Below, piece by piece: positions 1 through 10,960 of a stretch of DNA of 41,166 bases. Source of the stretch: Spirogloea muscicola (lineage: Eukaryota). Numbering within the stretch: position 1 is the stretch's first letter; each line of letters begins with the position of its first letter. Below the pieces are notes generated by a model that saw nothing but the letters and a program-made list of their open reading frames with translations, made no database searches and was not told the origin of the DNA. The DNA is taken from the NCBI GenBank assembly GCA_009602725.1, contig WELB01000020.1, positions 50,339-91,504 of the forward strand. Reading direction: 5' to 3'. Both the position numbers and the translations under genes were made by a program.

Positions 1-3000
1 AGTGGCTCTCCCAATGGGGGCAAGGGCTGTGAGAAGCCAGCCCGAAAAGAATTGACAAGGTTCGAAGGGGCCAAACTACGAGCTAAGCAGCGACAGGCCA
101 GGCTTGCACGGCGTGCTGTGTCCCGCAGGCGCGGTGAGCCGGCTGACTTCAACGCCGCTGGCTCGTGGGCTCAGGTGTATCGTATGCGCTTGTCCGTCTC
201 CCTCCAGCGGTCCATGGCCCACGCCTTGCATCTGCGTGCTGGCCGTGCTCTCGCTGCGGCCTCCGGCTTTCGTCAGGGGGATAGTTTACCGGCAGCTAGT
301 CTGTCGGATGTGAGGCTCCTCACTCGTAACTACTAAGCGGTCCATCCTCCCCCGTTCTGCCATAGCCTCTTCAGGCCCCGCAGTCGCTGCTTAGCTCGTA
401 GTTTGGCCTGAAGAGGCTGTGAGAAGCCAGCCCGAAAAGAATTGACAAGGTTCGATGGGGCCAAACTACGAGCTAAGCAGCGACTGCGGGGCCTAAAGAG
501 GCTATGGCAGAACGGGGGAGGATGGACCACTCAGTGATTACGAGTGAGGAGGGGTAGCCCGCGCAGGGAAGAAGTGGCTCTCCCAATGGGGGCAAGGAGC
601 AAGCGCTGTGAGAAGCCAGCCCGGAAAAAAATGACAAGGTTCGAAGGGGCCAAACTACGAGCTAAGCAGCGACTGTGGGGCCTGAAGAAAGGCGCGCGGG
701 GCGCATGAAATGAAAAGAGAGGCCAATTCAAGCCAATAAACAGTTCAAGCAGAGGCGAGTGCAAACTAAACAAGGCTACATAATATAGAGACCTAAACTA
801 AGGTGGCCTGAAGAGGCTATGGCAGAAGGGGGGAGGATGGACCACTCAGTAGTTACGAGTAAGGAGCCTCACATCCGACAGACTAGCTGCCGGAAAACTA
901 TCCCCCTGACGAAAGCCGGAGGCCGCAGCGAGAGCACGGCCAGCACGCAGATGCAAGGCGTGGGCAGGGAGGGGTAGCCCGCGCAAGGTAGTGGGGCCGC
1001 TGCACAATGCTTCTGGTGAGCTAGCCAGGGCCAGCTGCATATCCTGTAGCTCAGGGAGGTGGCCCGCCGGTCGTAGGTGCTCCTGGAGCCGTGCAGCTGC
1101 TCGTCCACGAAAGACGGCATGCCGAGGGGGACCCCTAGGTCATCGCCGCACACTTAACATTGTGGGCGTGCAACCTGGTGGAGGACCAAGGGCTTTGGTC
1201 GATATTGTGGTTACGGATGCCTATAGAGGTCCAGCATCGACACACATCGCTGGCCACGCAGTGGGCAGTGCTGAACAAACTGCAGCACTACTCCGATTTA
1301 CCCCGATGTGATCAGCTCTTGCCAGCGGCAATCGACATCTTTGGCTGCTTAGGTCCTCGTTTCCTTACTCTCCTTCAAAACATAGCCAATCTAGGCTACA
1401 CACGACATGCAGATGTGTTCCCGGCTGAGATGGGCTTGCCAGCTGCTTAGCTGTCGTTGTTGCGACGACGAGTTTCGGCCTGTTTGCAGCGTGCTCAGGC
1501 TAATGCTTTGCACCAGAAAGCTGGGCGAGCTCTAGTTGGTGGCAGAAGGCTTCGTATCTGCCATCTATAATCCAGGCATCGGTTAGCGACCTTTATGTTT
1601 TGACCCGTGGTTTCTGAGCGGGTCAATCTACTGTAGGTTATGTAGGTCTTATGATGTGCTTGCCTTTGTACTTGGCCATTTGGCCTTCGTTCGTTCAAAT
1701 ACACGAAATTCCCTAGGATGGTGAGGCCGCCCGGAGGAGTCTGGCATCCTGTGGGCAGAGGCAAGGGGGCAGGAAGGCCGCGAGGAGACCACGCGACGCA
1801 CTTCTCGGCACTTCTTGTGTCGTCGGCGTGTGGCAAAGTATAAAGGTAAGCACATTGACATATGTATATCACCTGCTGCTAAGCTGACCCGCTCAGTAAC
1901 CACGAGTCAGCACATAAAAGAAGGGCGCGCCCAGTGAGGATAGGGGCTGGAAAGGTGCTTCCCCTGGCCCCGAAGAAAGTGCTCGCTGATAGAGAAGAGG
2001 GGCTGGCCCCGTTCATCCTTTTGTGGGCTGGCTTTTCCAGCCCCTATCCTTAATGGGCGGCGAGCCCTTTCTTCTTTCTTCTTGCCCCTGAGCGCCTCCG
2101 CCTCCTCACCGAGCTTCTGCTGTCACTCGTTGCTCCTCACTCGTAGTTACTGAGTGGTCCACCCGTTCCACCCGTTCTGACAGCATTTTCAGGCCCCTCC
2201 GTTATCGTGACCCATTCGACCCTTTGTCAGTTCTTTTCGGGCTGGCTTTTCACAGCCCCTGCCCCCGTTGGGAGAGCCACTTCTCTGCTCTCGGGCAACC
2301 TTAGCCTCATTTTCCCTTGCTCGACCTTGTCCATTCCTTCGGGCTGGCCTCTCACAGCATGCGCAAGCCGTATCCCTTCAGCGGTCCATGGCCCACGCTC
2401 TGCACCTGCGTGCTGGCCGTGCTCTCGCTGCTGCCTCTGGCTTTCGTCAGGGGGATTCTTTTCCGCCAGCTAGACTGTCGGGTTTGAGGCTCCTCATTCG
2501 TTGTTATTGGGTGATTCATCCTTCCCTGGTTCAGAGCTAGCGCCCCTAGCCCTTCGTAGTTTGGCCCCTTCGAACCTTGTCATTCTTTTTGGGCTGGCTT
2601 CTCACAGCCCTTGCCCCCATTGGAAGAGCCACTTCTCACGGCCACCAGTCAATCTGGCCGCGCTTTCTCCAGTAGCCACTTGAGTCGCTGTGTGCTCTAG
2701 CGCTTTCTGGCAGCTTCATATTTTTCCATGATTCTCGCACTTCCTGACTGGAGGTATTGAGCGCCCACTTGCAGAAGTCATGGAGAGTAGTATCCTGCTT
2801 CTGCGCCTTCAGGCCCTTCTTATTCTTTCAGACCTTGTACATCCCTTTGGGCTGACCTCTCACAGCCATTGCCTTACATTGGAAGAGCTGTTCTTTCACT
2901 TGAGTGAGCACACACTTTCAAGTGAGCACACACACCTTTGCCAGATCACCATTGCAAGCCAGTGGCCTGTCGTAGTGCTTGCCCAGTACGCTGATGTATG

Positions 3001-4100
3001 GTCTGCAGAAAGCTGCAACTACGCGAGAGCTGCATCCTGTGATCGAGCGACCAATGCTTGCGAGACACTAGCATGCCTAAGCTCCCGGACCCACTATGAT
3101 GGCGCACGTCGACCAGGTGGGCCAGGCAATGGAGGGAGGACCACTTCGTACTGTAGCCGCCATGAAAGAGGATGAAAGCAGCGCTTCCAAAGGGTGTTTA
3201 AGAACATTCCGGCCCCGTCGGACCTTGTCCATAATTTTGGGCTGGCCTCTCACAGCTTCCACGGAAAGAGAAGGGCAGGGCTCTTCCGAAAGGTGCGAGG
3301 CCTCTTGGAATCAACCCAGAAAAAATGGACACGGTCCAAAGGGCAGAAAGGCGCTAATACACACCGCTATTCAACTGGCTACAGCAAATGGGAGCTTAGT
3401 AACCACGAGTCAGCAGCCGCAGGAGTGCTTGCAGCCGGGGCTATCAAGTCTCAAGTGGCTGGATCTCTTGACCCGGCTTGCGCGCCGCATGATATCTCAC
3501 CGGTGGCACGGCGAGCTGGCAGACTTCAATGCTGCTGGCTTGCGGCGCAGGTCTATAGCATGCGCCTTCCGATTTTCGTGCAGCGGTCCTTGGCCCACAC
3601 CTTGCATCTGCAGGCTGGCCCACGCGAGCTGGCCGAGCTGGCCGTGCCAGAGCTGCTGCCTCTGGCTATAGGCAATTGGACTGCTATCTGGCTGCTAGTC
3701 ATTGCGGCGTGCTTGATAGAGGTTGCTGAACCCTTCGTGACACTTGCATAGCTGTGTGGTTTAGTGCTTTCCGGCCCCTTCGGACCTTGTCCATTCTTTT
3801 TGTGCTTGACGCGCAGTCGAGGGGGCATCGTGGGGCATGCAAACAGTCCGCAGGCATTTAGTTGCATAATACTGAATGCGGCAGTCGCTGAGTCGCAGCG
3901 CTCCCAAGCTTTGGCTATTTATTAGCGTGCTGGGCGTGCTCCAATTTCAGGCCAATGGCTTCTGTGGCGGTGATCCGGCTCCCCAACTTAGCCTGTCGGA
4001 TCTGTATGTGCTTACTCGTGGGTACTGAATTCCCCCTTCAGCCTCCTTGCGCGTTGTAACTTTAGCCCGCTTAGCATATGGCTTCGCTTTATGTAGCCCA
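1..4100. mobile_element. Cluster of nested, 5'-truncated RLE-type non-LTR retrotransposon 3' ends (several subfamilies, both orientations)
   Basis: Repeated ORF end '...YxMRLSVSLQRSMAHALHLRAGRALAAASG...LSDxRLLTRxY*' and a repeated 3' module 'gaccttgtccattcttttcgggctggcttctcacagccc...cccattgggagagccac'. Copies lie at about 1-94(-), 97-408(+), 415-551(-), 572-965(-), 2130-2290(+), 2358-2637(+), 2810-2895(+), 3205-3280(+), 3300-3440(-), 3445-3625(+), 3765-3805(+) and 3950-4100(+). No RT domain is visible. Confidence 0.8.
968..1680 (+). pseudogene. Degenerate RLE endonuclease C-terminal fragment, second subfamily ('B')
   Basis: Stitched reading 'TLNIVGVQPGGGPRALVDIVVTD...AE(fs)NKLQHY...DQLLPAAIDIFGCLG...*LSLLRRRVSACLQRAQANALHQKAGR' fits the RLE pattern (PD)..D..K..KY..F.P...(E/D)..G...LQR of CRE-like elements. 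It carries a frameshift and a stop. Confidence 0.7.
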
Positions 4101-5404
4101 AATTGTTGCACTAGCTTTTGCCTGAACAGTGTATTGGCTTGATATGACCTCCCTCCATTGCATGCACACAGCACGCATCCTCTAATGTTCCCACAGCCGC
4201 CACCTCTTCGTCTGGCCGTCTGCCACCGCCGGTTGCTAGCTTGTGGCCGAGCTTCGCCTCTCGACAGGCCCCGCCTGGAGCTCGACTGGAGCCCCCCGCT
4301 CGCCACTTTGTGTCATTCGCTAGGGTGTCAGTTGCGAGGATGCGTCCAGAGTGAAGTGCTGACCAACACACAGCCTACGCGACGAATAGAGCAGTCGCAA
4401 GACTGAGAAAGTGGGTAAGTAGGTCGCATTGGTCAGACTCACGGGAAAGGCGGTCTTATGGGAGGCCAATGTTGACAAGATGTATCGATCTCAGATACAG
4501 AGCACCGTCAATGATTCATGAAGTGCCTGAACCGGGACCTGTAGCTGCTACATGTCCGCAGCAGACAGATATACCCTATGGCTAGAGAATGTAGAGCCAG
4601 CCAATGATGAGTATTCAGCAGTGTATGGACTTTGCAGGGTCTTTCAGATACTTGGCCCTTGTGTTACCTTGGATGCAGCAACGCTTTTTGCATAGACAGA
4701 AAGAAAGTCTCCTCTGGACCAACCTGGCACCTGCTTTGTCGCTACAGGCATGCATACATGCACAACACCCTCATGACTCTACTCGGGCAGATCTATGTTG
4801 AAGGCTGACAGGAACATTCTCCACAGTTCCTTAGTTTCTTCAGGTTGTCCACAGAATCAAAATGAATATCCTCGACGCACGCTGCCGACCCTTGTGGCAA
4901 TATGAAAGAGACCAGTATTTATGTGTCTGACAGAGGTGCCATGGTCAGGGCATCGTACTTGTTCAAGAACTATGACCATGATGTATTTCATGCAACTACA
5001 CTGGGAAAAACGTATCATACGTGCATGAGATCTTTTTATGTCTAGTGCAGTTACCCCACATCATTTTCCACGTTCTCTAGTCGTGGATGTACTCTATTGA
5101 TCGGGTCCACCGGTGTACAAGCAAGCACTACGCAATTGAGGCTCCTCTTTGTCAAAGGCTGCATTACCCTACATAGTCAACCTTCTTCTTATATATTATT
5201 ATACTTCTTTCAGTCAACCTCGCAGGGTGAACGCCGACGGGTCCCCCGGCCCCCCCCCCGCTCCCTTCCCACCCTTCTCAATTAATCACCGACGAGGTCT
5301 GCAGCATCAATAAGGGCTATTTATGTACCACTTAGTCCACTTGCAAGACCCAACTCCGTAACTAAGCGAGCAGGCCATCCTAGCAAAGGCCCCTGCTACT
5401 CTCC

Positions 5405-8400
5405 TCAGAAAAGCTTCAAGTAGCGCTTGATCTCCCAATCAGACACATGATGGTGGTACTCTTGCCACTCTCTGTTCTTATAGTCCACGAAGGCCTTAAA
5501 CATGGCCTCTCCAAAAACGGCCTTGCTGAGCGGGTCACCTGCAAGACAGAGTCCTCCATCCCACCATCAGCTGCATCAAGTCCCATAACTGGTGCTTGCC
5601 AGAAAGACCTGCATGCCTGAAACCATCATGCTGTCAATCAAGCTATCGAAATTGGTTGATGCTCCTCCACAGCTGGAGGTACTTTAATGATGTCTTGGAC
5701 CTCACCAGCAAAAGCTTCCACAGCTTCGCCAAGCGTACGCGGAAGCATTCCAATCTCCCTCTCCTTCAGCTCCTCCAAGCTGTATTTGTACATGTTCTCA
5801 AGGTGAGGCTCCCCAGGATCCAGTCCCTCTCTGATGCCCTCCAAGCCTGCGGCTAGGATCATTGCGGACCCTGGACAGACACAAAGTCCTTTTCAGTCAT
5901 TACTTCGACTTCCAGCTGATCACCTACTCTTTGGATGCTGATTGCACCCAATGCCAGTAAGCAAATGAGTTCCTGACGTGGCTTGCTTGAGAAACTCTCA
6001 CCGAGATACAGATTTGTGGATATGTCAGCTGCTCGGCACTCCACTCGCCCTCCCCCCATAGGGATGCGGAGCATGTTGGTGCGGTTGTTCCCCCCATAGC
6101 ACATGTACACGGGTGCCCATGTGAAGCCAGACATGCTTCCCTGGGCTATGAGCCGCTTGTAGCTGCACATTGTAGAAGATGACGCCATTCGGCCACACCA
6201 GCAGTCGCAAAGTGGCTCAATCTACCAAGGAGGTTGTGAATGCAACACAGTGTGACGAGAAGCTGGCATAGGGCTGGCAACACTAGATCACCTGTTCACT
6301 GTAGGTGCAATGACTGCACAGATGGCTCGAGCATGTCTAAGAATGCCTGCAATGAAATGGTAGCCAAGGACAGAGAGGCCGCAACCCCTAGCGTCATCTT
6401 GGCAAGCAAAGAGGTTCTCCTTGGTCTCGGCATCGGCCAGGGACATGTTGTAGTGGGCTCCACTGCCTGCCTACATCCACGCAATTGGCTGGTGAACTTG
6501 GGGCCACTTCCTAGGAAGTATGTCAGATAGCAAGGCTTTGCCACCACTGTGCACAGGAAGTTATCTCACATTCTTCTGCTGAGAAGGCATATCGGGCAGC
6601 CAGGGCTGCAGCTTGCAAGGCTCTTCTGCAAAATTTAACAAACATGACAACCATGCCAACTGGCCACAACCTTTCAACCTCAACTCAGGGTTTTGGTATC
6701 TCGCCTGTGCGGTTGTGGAAGGGCTTTGGCATGAATGTAGCAAAGTAGCCGTGTTTGTGTGCGATCTCCTTGGCCATAAGCCGGAAGAAAGTAAAGCGAT
6801 CAGCCATGGTCAGAGCATCACTGCGTCATGCAAACAATACTACACAGTGTCAGTGTGGCCCAATGAAGAGTGTTGAGGGTCCACGAGGAATCTCTATTGA
6901 CCTTTGCTGCTTGACTCCTGACAAGCTCGATTGAGCCACATCAAGTGCTGCCGTGCCGGGGGAAGAATCTGGTGCACCATATCAGTCGCTGTTGGACGTA
7001 CACAAATGCGTACTGTAAATCTGCGGGAAGGCTGGCTCTACCTGTAAGCAAAGTCGGTCTCAAATTGACCATTCCCGTCTTCATGGTCAAAGGAGTACAC
7101 GTCCCAGCCTAGATTGTTCATTGCCTGCAGAGCACAGAGTGTCAGAGAAACACCCCACCCCCCCACCTTGCTGCCAGGGTAGTAGGACATGCTCTCTGCA
7201 GCTGCCATGCATCCTCATGCCTGCCCTGCCAATGTCCTGTGCGATGCTCCTCAATCAAGAAAAGTGCCGCCTGATGTGCGGCCTCAAGGACGAGACAAGC
7301 TGCTGGACAGTTTGTGTCTGCCTGACTTGCACAATCTCGTCGACCCAGTCGTAGTTGTCCAGGAATCCGGTGACGTCGTAGCAGGGCTTATCCAGGACGT
7401 CGCGGTCGCTGATCGGCCCATATCCGCCACTCGGTAAATCTGCACAAGTAGGTCTCTCTGAGATGGATGAAGCAAAAGAAGTACATTGCTGTCTAAGATG
7501 GACGTGATGGCATCATTGACGCGAAGCAGCCATGAAGCAGGCAAGTGCTGCGTCCAGGACCTTGCCCAAGCCTCAACTGCCAGCAGATTGTACATGCAGG
7601 AACTTGCCAAGCAAGCGTGGATCCAGCAGTGACTTGATAGCTCGTTACTTCTAAAGAGCAAAGAAAGGAGAGGCTACTCATGTGAAGCTGTTCAAAGAGG
7701 CCCACATAGCCAACCCAATGATTACGAGAGAGAATTTGTGGCGAGCGCGTTGGTCTTGCCCTTGAGAATGAAGAACTCGGTCTCGATTCCGAGGTTGAAG
7801 GTATACCCCATGTCCAGAGCAGCTGCTAGCTGCCGCTTCAGGATGCCCCGGCTGCACGCCTCAAATGGCTTACCTGCAGACAATCGAACAGCCAGACGGT
7901 GTTGGTACTGCCACGGAGGCCTGGCCCGCTTATGTGATCCTCACTGGGGGGTACAAAGCAATGCTTGGTATGCAGGTCCTAGCAAAAGCTGGGTCAAGGC
8001 AGTGTCTCGAAGGGCGGCTTTAGAGCCGTCACCTTGCAGGTAGAGGTCACTCGGGAACCACACCACTTCCTTCTTCCATGGGAGAATGGTGCACCTGCCA
8101 GACGAACGTCTAAGCTTAGCAGTGACGCCTTTCACGTCCGCACTGACCGACAGTGGCCTCGTTCACATGGGTGCAAGTTCCAGAGAGTTGCTCAGCCGGA
8201 TGACAGAGCCTCGCTCGCAGGTTCTAAGTGTGCCATGGGCCACGACAATGCGCGCCCAGACTTTCTGCACCCTGCACCAGCTGCAGAGACAGGCCACTGC
8301 CGCCCGGTGCTGAGGATGCCTTTGGACGACCACAGCCAGGGAGGGACTGGGTCCAGCGGGCAGCTTGTAGATCACCCTCTTGCGTCGGGCATGGTGGCAA

Positions 8401-9228
8401 TCTCGTCGTCACAGACCTCCTGCGGCACGCCATCTAGCGCAGCGCCCGTGAAGAGCTCGGAGCCCCCGAACATGCCCTCCAAGTGGGCCAGAGGGACCAC
8501 CTGCAGGACAGCGGTGCCCAGGAGCGGTGCGAGGTGAGATCGTCGGCCGGAGTCGCCGTGATCCCGGATCGGCGTGCGCGAGCCCAGCTGGCTCTCATCT
8601 GCTCCGCGCCGCTGGCCTGGCTCGGACGCCGGGCTTTGCGGGACTCTTCTGGGCGAAGGCCAGGGCCTGCTGACGGCCGGAGCTGGGTGCCGGTGGTCCT
8701 CGCGCGTCTTCGGCGGCTTGCTGTGGGCTGACCACCAGCGCGACCGCGGAGCCGCCGAGCAGCAGCGCTGCTGGCAGAGGTGCTCCTCGGTCGTCTGTGC
8801 GCCTCTGTCGCCTCGCTCTGCCAGCTGAGTCGCGACAAAGGCCGTGGAGTGGGCCGGGCCAGGGGAGAGCTGCCGCAGAGCTGCGAGTGTGCTGGAGTGC
8901 AGGCCGGGGAGGAGGCGGTGCGCCCAGGGGAGAGCTGCCGCAGAGCTGCGAGTGTGCTGGAGTGCGGGCCGGGGAGGAGGCGGTGCAGCCCGCGCGCACC
9001 TTGCCCTTGCAGACGCCATGGACGTCGACGAAGCTGGCGATGGCGTACTTGACGCCGGCGTCCAGGAGCTGGGATCGGAGCTCCTGGGCGGGCGCGCGGC
9101 GGGCGGAACGGCGGCAGCGGGTCAGCGCACAGGGCATAAGGCCGGCTGCTGAGCTGAGGAAGGGAGGGGGGGGTGGCGCTGACGGGGAGGGGCGGCGGCG
9201 GAGGCGGCTGCGTGAAGGCGGCGGCCAT
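5405..9228 (-). CDS. glnT: GlnT/GmaS-like glutamine synthetase family ligase ('type III glutamate--ammonia ligase' sensu glnT), 12 exons, about 458 aa
   Basis: Manual splicing gives exons 9228-9184, 9083-9000, 8500-8376, 8094-8033, 7873-7760, 7439-7327, 7124-7042, 6820-6705, 6466-6292, 6162-6002, 5870-5706 and 5538-5405, totalling 1377 nt in one open frame. Motifs: [75 protein letters not shown]. Confidence 0.9.
8859..8988. repeat. Two-copy 65-bp tandem duplication in intron 2 of the glnT-like gene
   Basis: 'ccaggggagagctgccgcagagctgcgagtgtgctggagtgc(a/g)ggccggggaggaggcggtgc' occurs at 8859 and again at 8924. Confidence 0.9.
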
Positions 9229-9444
9229 GGCGGGCGCCGACGGGGGGGGGGGGCTGGCCAGGGCACGTGGGCTCCCACGAGGGACTACTTGTCGGGCAGG
9301 GGGAGCTTGGAAAGGCCAAGTGGGGCAAGTACAAGCTGGCAAGCACATCTCATGCCGCACATCACCGCGGCTACATCCGTTGGCCCGCCTTGCGCGACGC
9401 GCTGCCTCGCAGCGGGGCGAGCAGGCCATCTGCTTCCTCTGCTC

Positions 9445-10685
9445 TCCTGGAAGCGCGTGCTCTCTCGCTTGATGTTGCTCACTCGCGGGTACTGAGCTTC
9501 CCTCTGCATCGTCTCGTCTTCTGTAGTGTAGTCCTTTTTCGGTATGCGGTAGCCTGCGCCGCTCGGGCCAAGGAGCTAAAATACGCAGATCACCCGCGGG
9601 AGGACGACTTCTTCCCGCTCGCCATCGATACGCACGGCGCGCTGGGCGCTCGGTGGCTCAAGCTGCTCAACCAGCTCTCACGCCACGCCATTGTCCGCCG
9701 CTTCCATGGGGAGCCGGTGGACTCCCATGCAGCAGGGTTGCTAGCGCAGGTGTACAGCATGCGCTTGGCCGTCTCGCTGCAGAGGTCTATGGCCCGCGCG
9801 CTACACCTGCGTGCAGGCAGAGCCCTCGCTGCTGCCTCTGGCTCTGGCCAGGGGACCCGCTTCCAGGAACCCAGTCTCTCTCACCTGAGGCTGCTTAGCA
9901 GGGGTATCTGAGTGCTTCGTAGCTGCTTCGTTTCTTTTTTGTGCTTGTTGTTCTTCGTACTTCCCCTGGCCCCTTCTCGTCCATTGTTCATTCTTTTTTG
10001 GGTTGGCTTTTTCCAGCCCCTATCCTCAATGGGCGAGCCCTTCATATCATTTTTCGACACCTCTTTTCTTTGGCTTTGGACAATGTCCATTCTTTTTGGG
10101 CTGGCTTTGCCAGCCAATCTTCTCTGTAGGCGAGCACTTTCTTTCTTTCTTCCTTCTTCTTCTATTTCTCTCCGACTTGCGGCTGCTGACTCGGGGTTGC
10201 TAAGCTCCCAATCGCTGTAGTCTCTTGCATTGCTGTGTGGTCTTGGCGCCTTGCGGCCCTTTTAGTCCACTCGCGAGCAGGCCGCGCTATGGCTGCTGCC
10301 TCTGGATCAAGGCGGAGTGCCTCTTTCCCAGCTGCGAGTTACTCCGCCTTGCTGCTGCTCACTCGTGGGTACTAAGCTTCCATATGCGGTGGTTCGTGTC
10401 TGGCTGTGTGATTTCTACATTCGGCACCCTTTTGGCTCTTTGGAGGCGCCTTGCCCCCATTGGAAGAGCCACTTCCTTTGGACCTTGTCCATTCTTTCTG
10501 GGCTGGCATTTTACAGCCACTGCGGGCGGCTAGTCTTTCTGACTTGCGGCTACTGACTAGAGGTGATTAGTGTACATGATTTTTGCTTCGTGTGTCTTTC
10601 AGCGCTTCTCAGCCCCTTCAGACCTTGTCATTCTTTCCAGGCTGGCTGTTCACAGCCCTCGCGCCCGTAAAGGAGAGCCACTTTC
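9445..10685 (+). mobile_element. Head-to-tail array of diverged RLE retroelement 3' ends; longest piece about 9543-10043
   Basis: 'AARAKELKYADHPREDDFFPLAIDTHGALGARWLKLL...YSMRLAVSLQRSMARALHLRAG...LLSRGI*' is followed by the GGGYTGG/CCAGCCC module. Further LLTRGY*/LLTRGC*-type ends and 3' modules occur at about 9480, 10080, 10180, 10360, 10480, 10540 and 10620. The array is mirrored at about 11502-12742. Confidence 0.8.
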
Positions 10686-10960
10686 ACAGCAAACTGACCC
10701 GCTCAGTAATCACGGGTCAGCACATAGAGGTCCATCTTCGATGCCTGAATACCGAATGGACATTCTCAAGCCTTTCTTTCCTCTGCCACCAACAAGAGCT
10801 CGACCAGCATGAGCCTGAGCACGCTGCAAACAGGCCAACACACGACGGCGCAAGAATGATAGATGAGCAGCTGACACGCCCATCTCAACCGGAAGCGCAT
10901 CTGCTTGTCGTGCAGCCTTGATCGGAGGGTGTGAAACCGAGGAGCTGTGCAGCCAAAGAC
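10686..10960 (-). mobile_element. Subfamily-B RLE retroelement fragment (mirrored at about 11227-11501 +)
   Basis: 'DALPVEMGVSAAHLSFLRRRVLACLQRAQAHAGRALVGGRG' is homologous to 1410-1550. Confidence 0.75.

Noticed and set aside
408..440. Hammerhead-like 'CTGAAGA...GAAA'
   Set aside because: GAAA does not directly follow stem II, stems I and III are absent, and the juxtaposition comes from a rearranged junction.
2899..2936. Short duplication agtgagcacacac x2
   Set aside because: Simple slippage-type duplication with no further structure.
4100..5200. Possible small gene between the retroelement cluster and glnT
   Set aside because: No recognisable protein motif or consistent exon chain.
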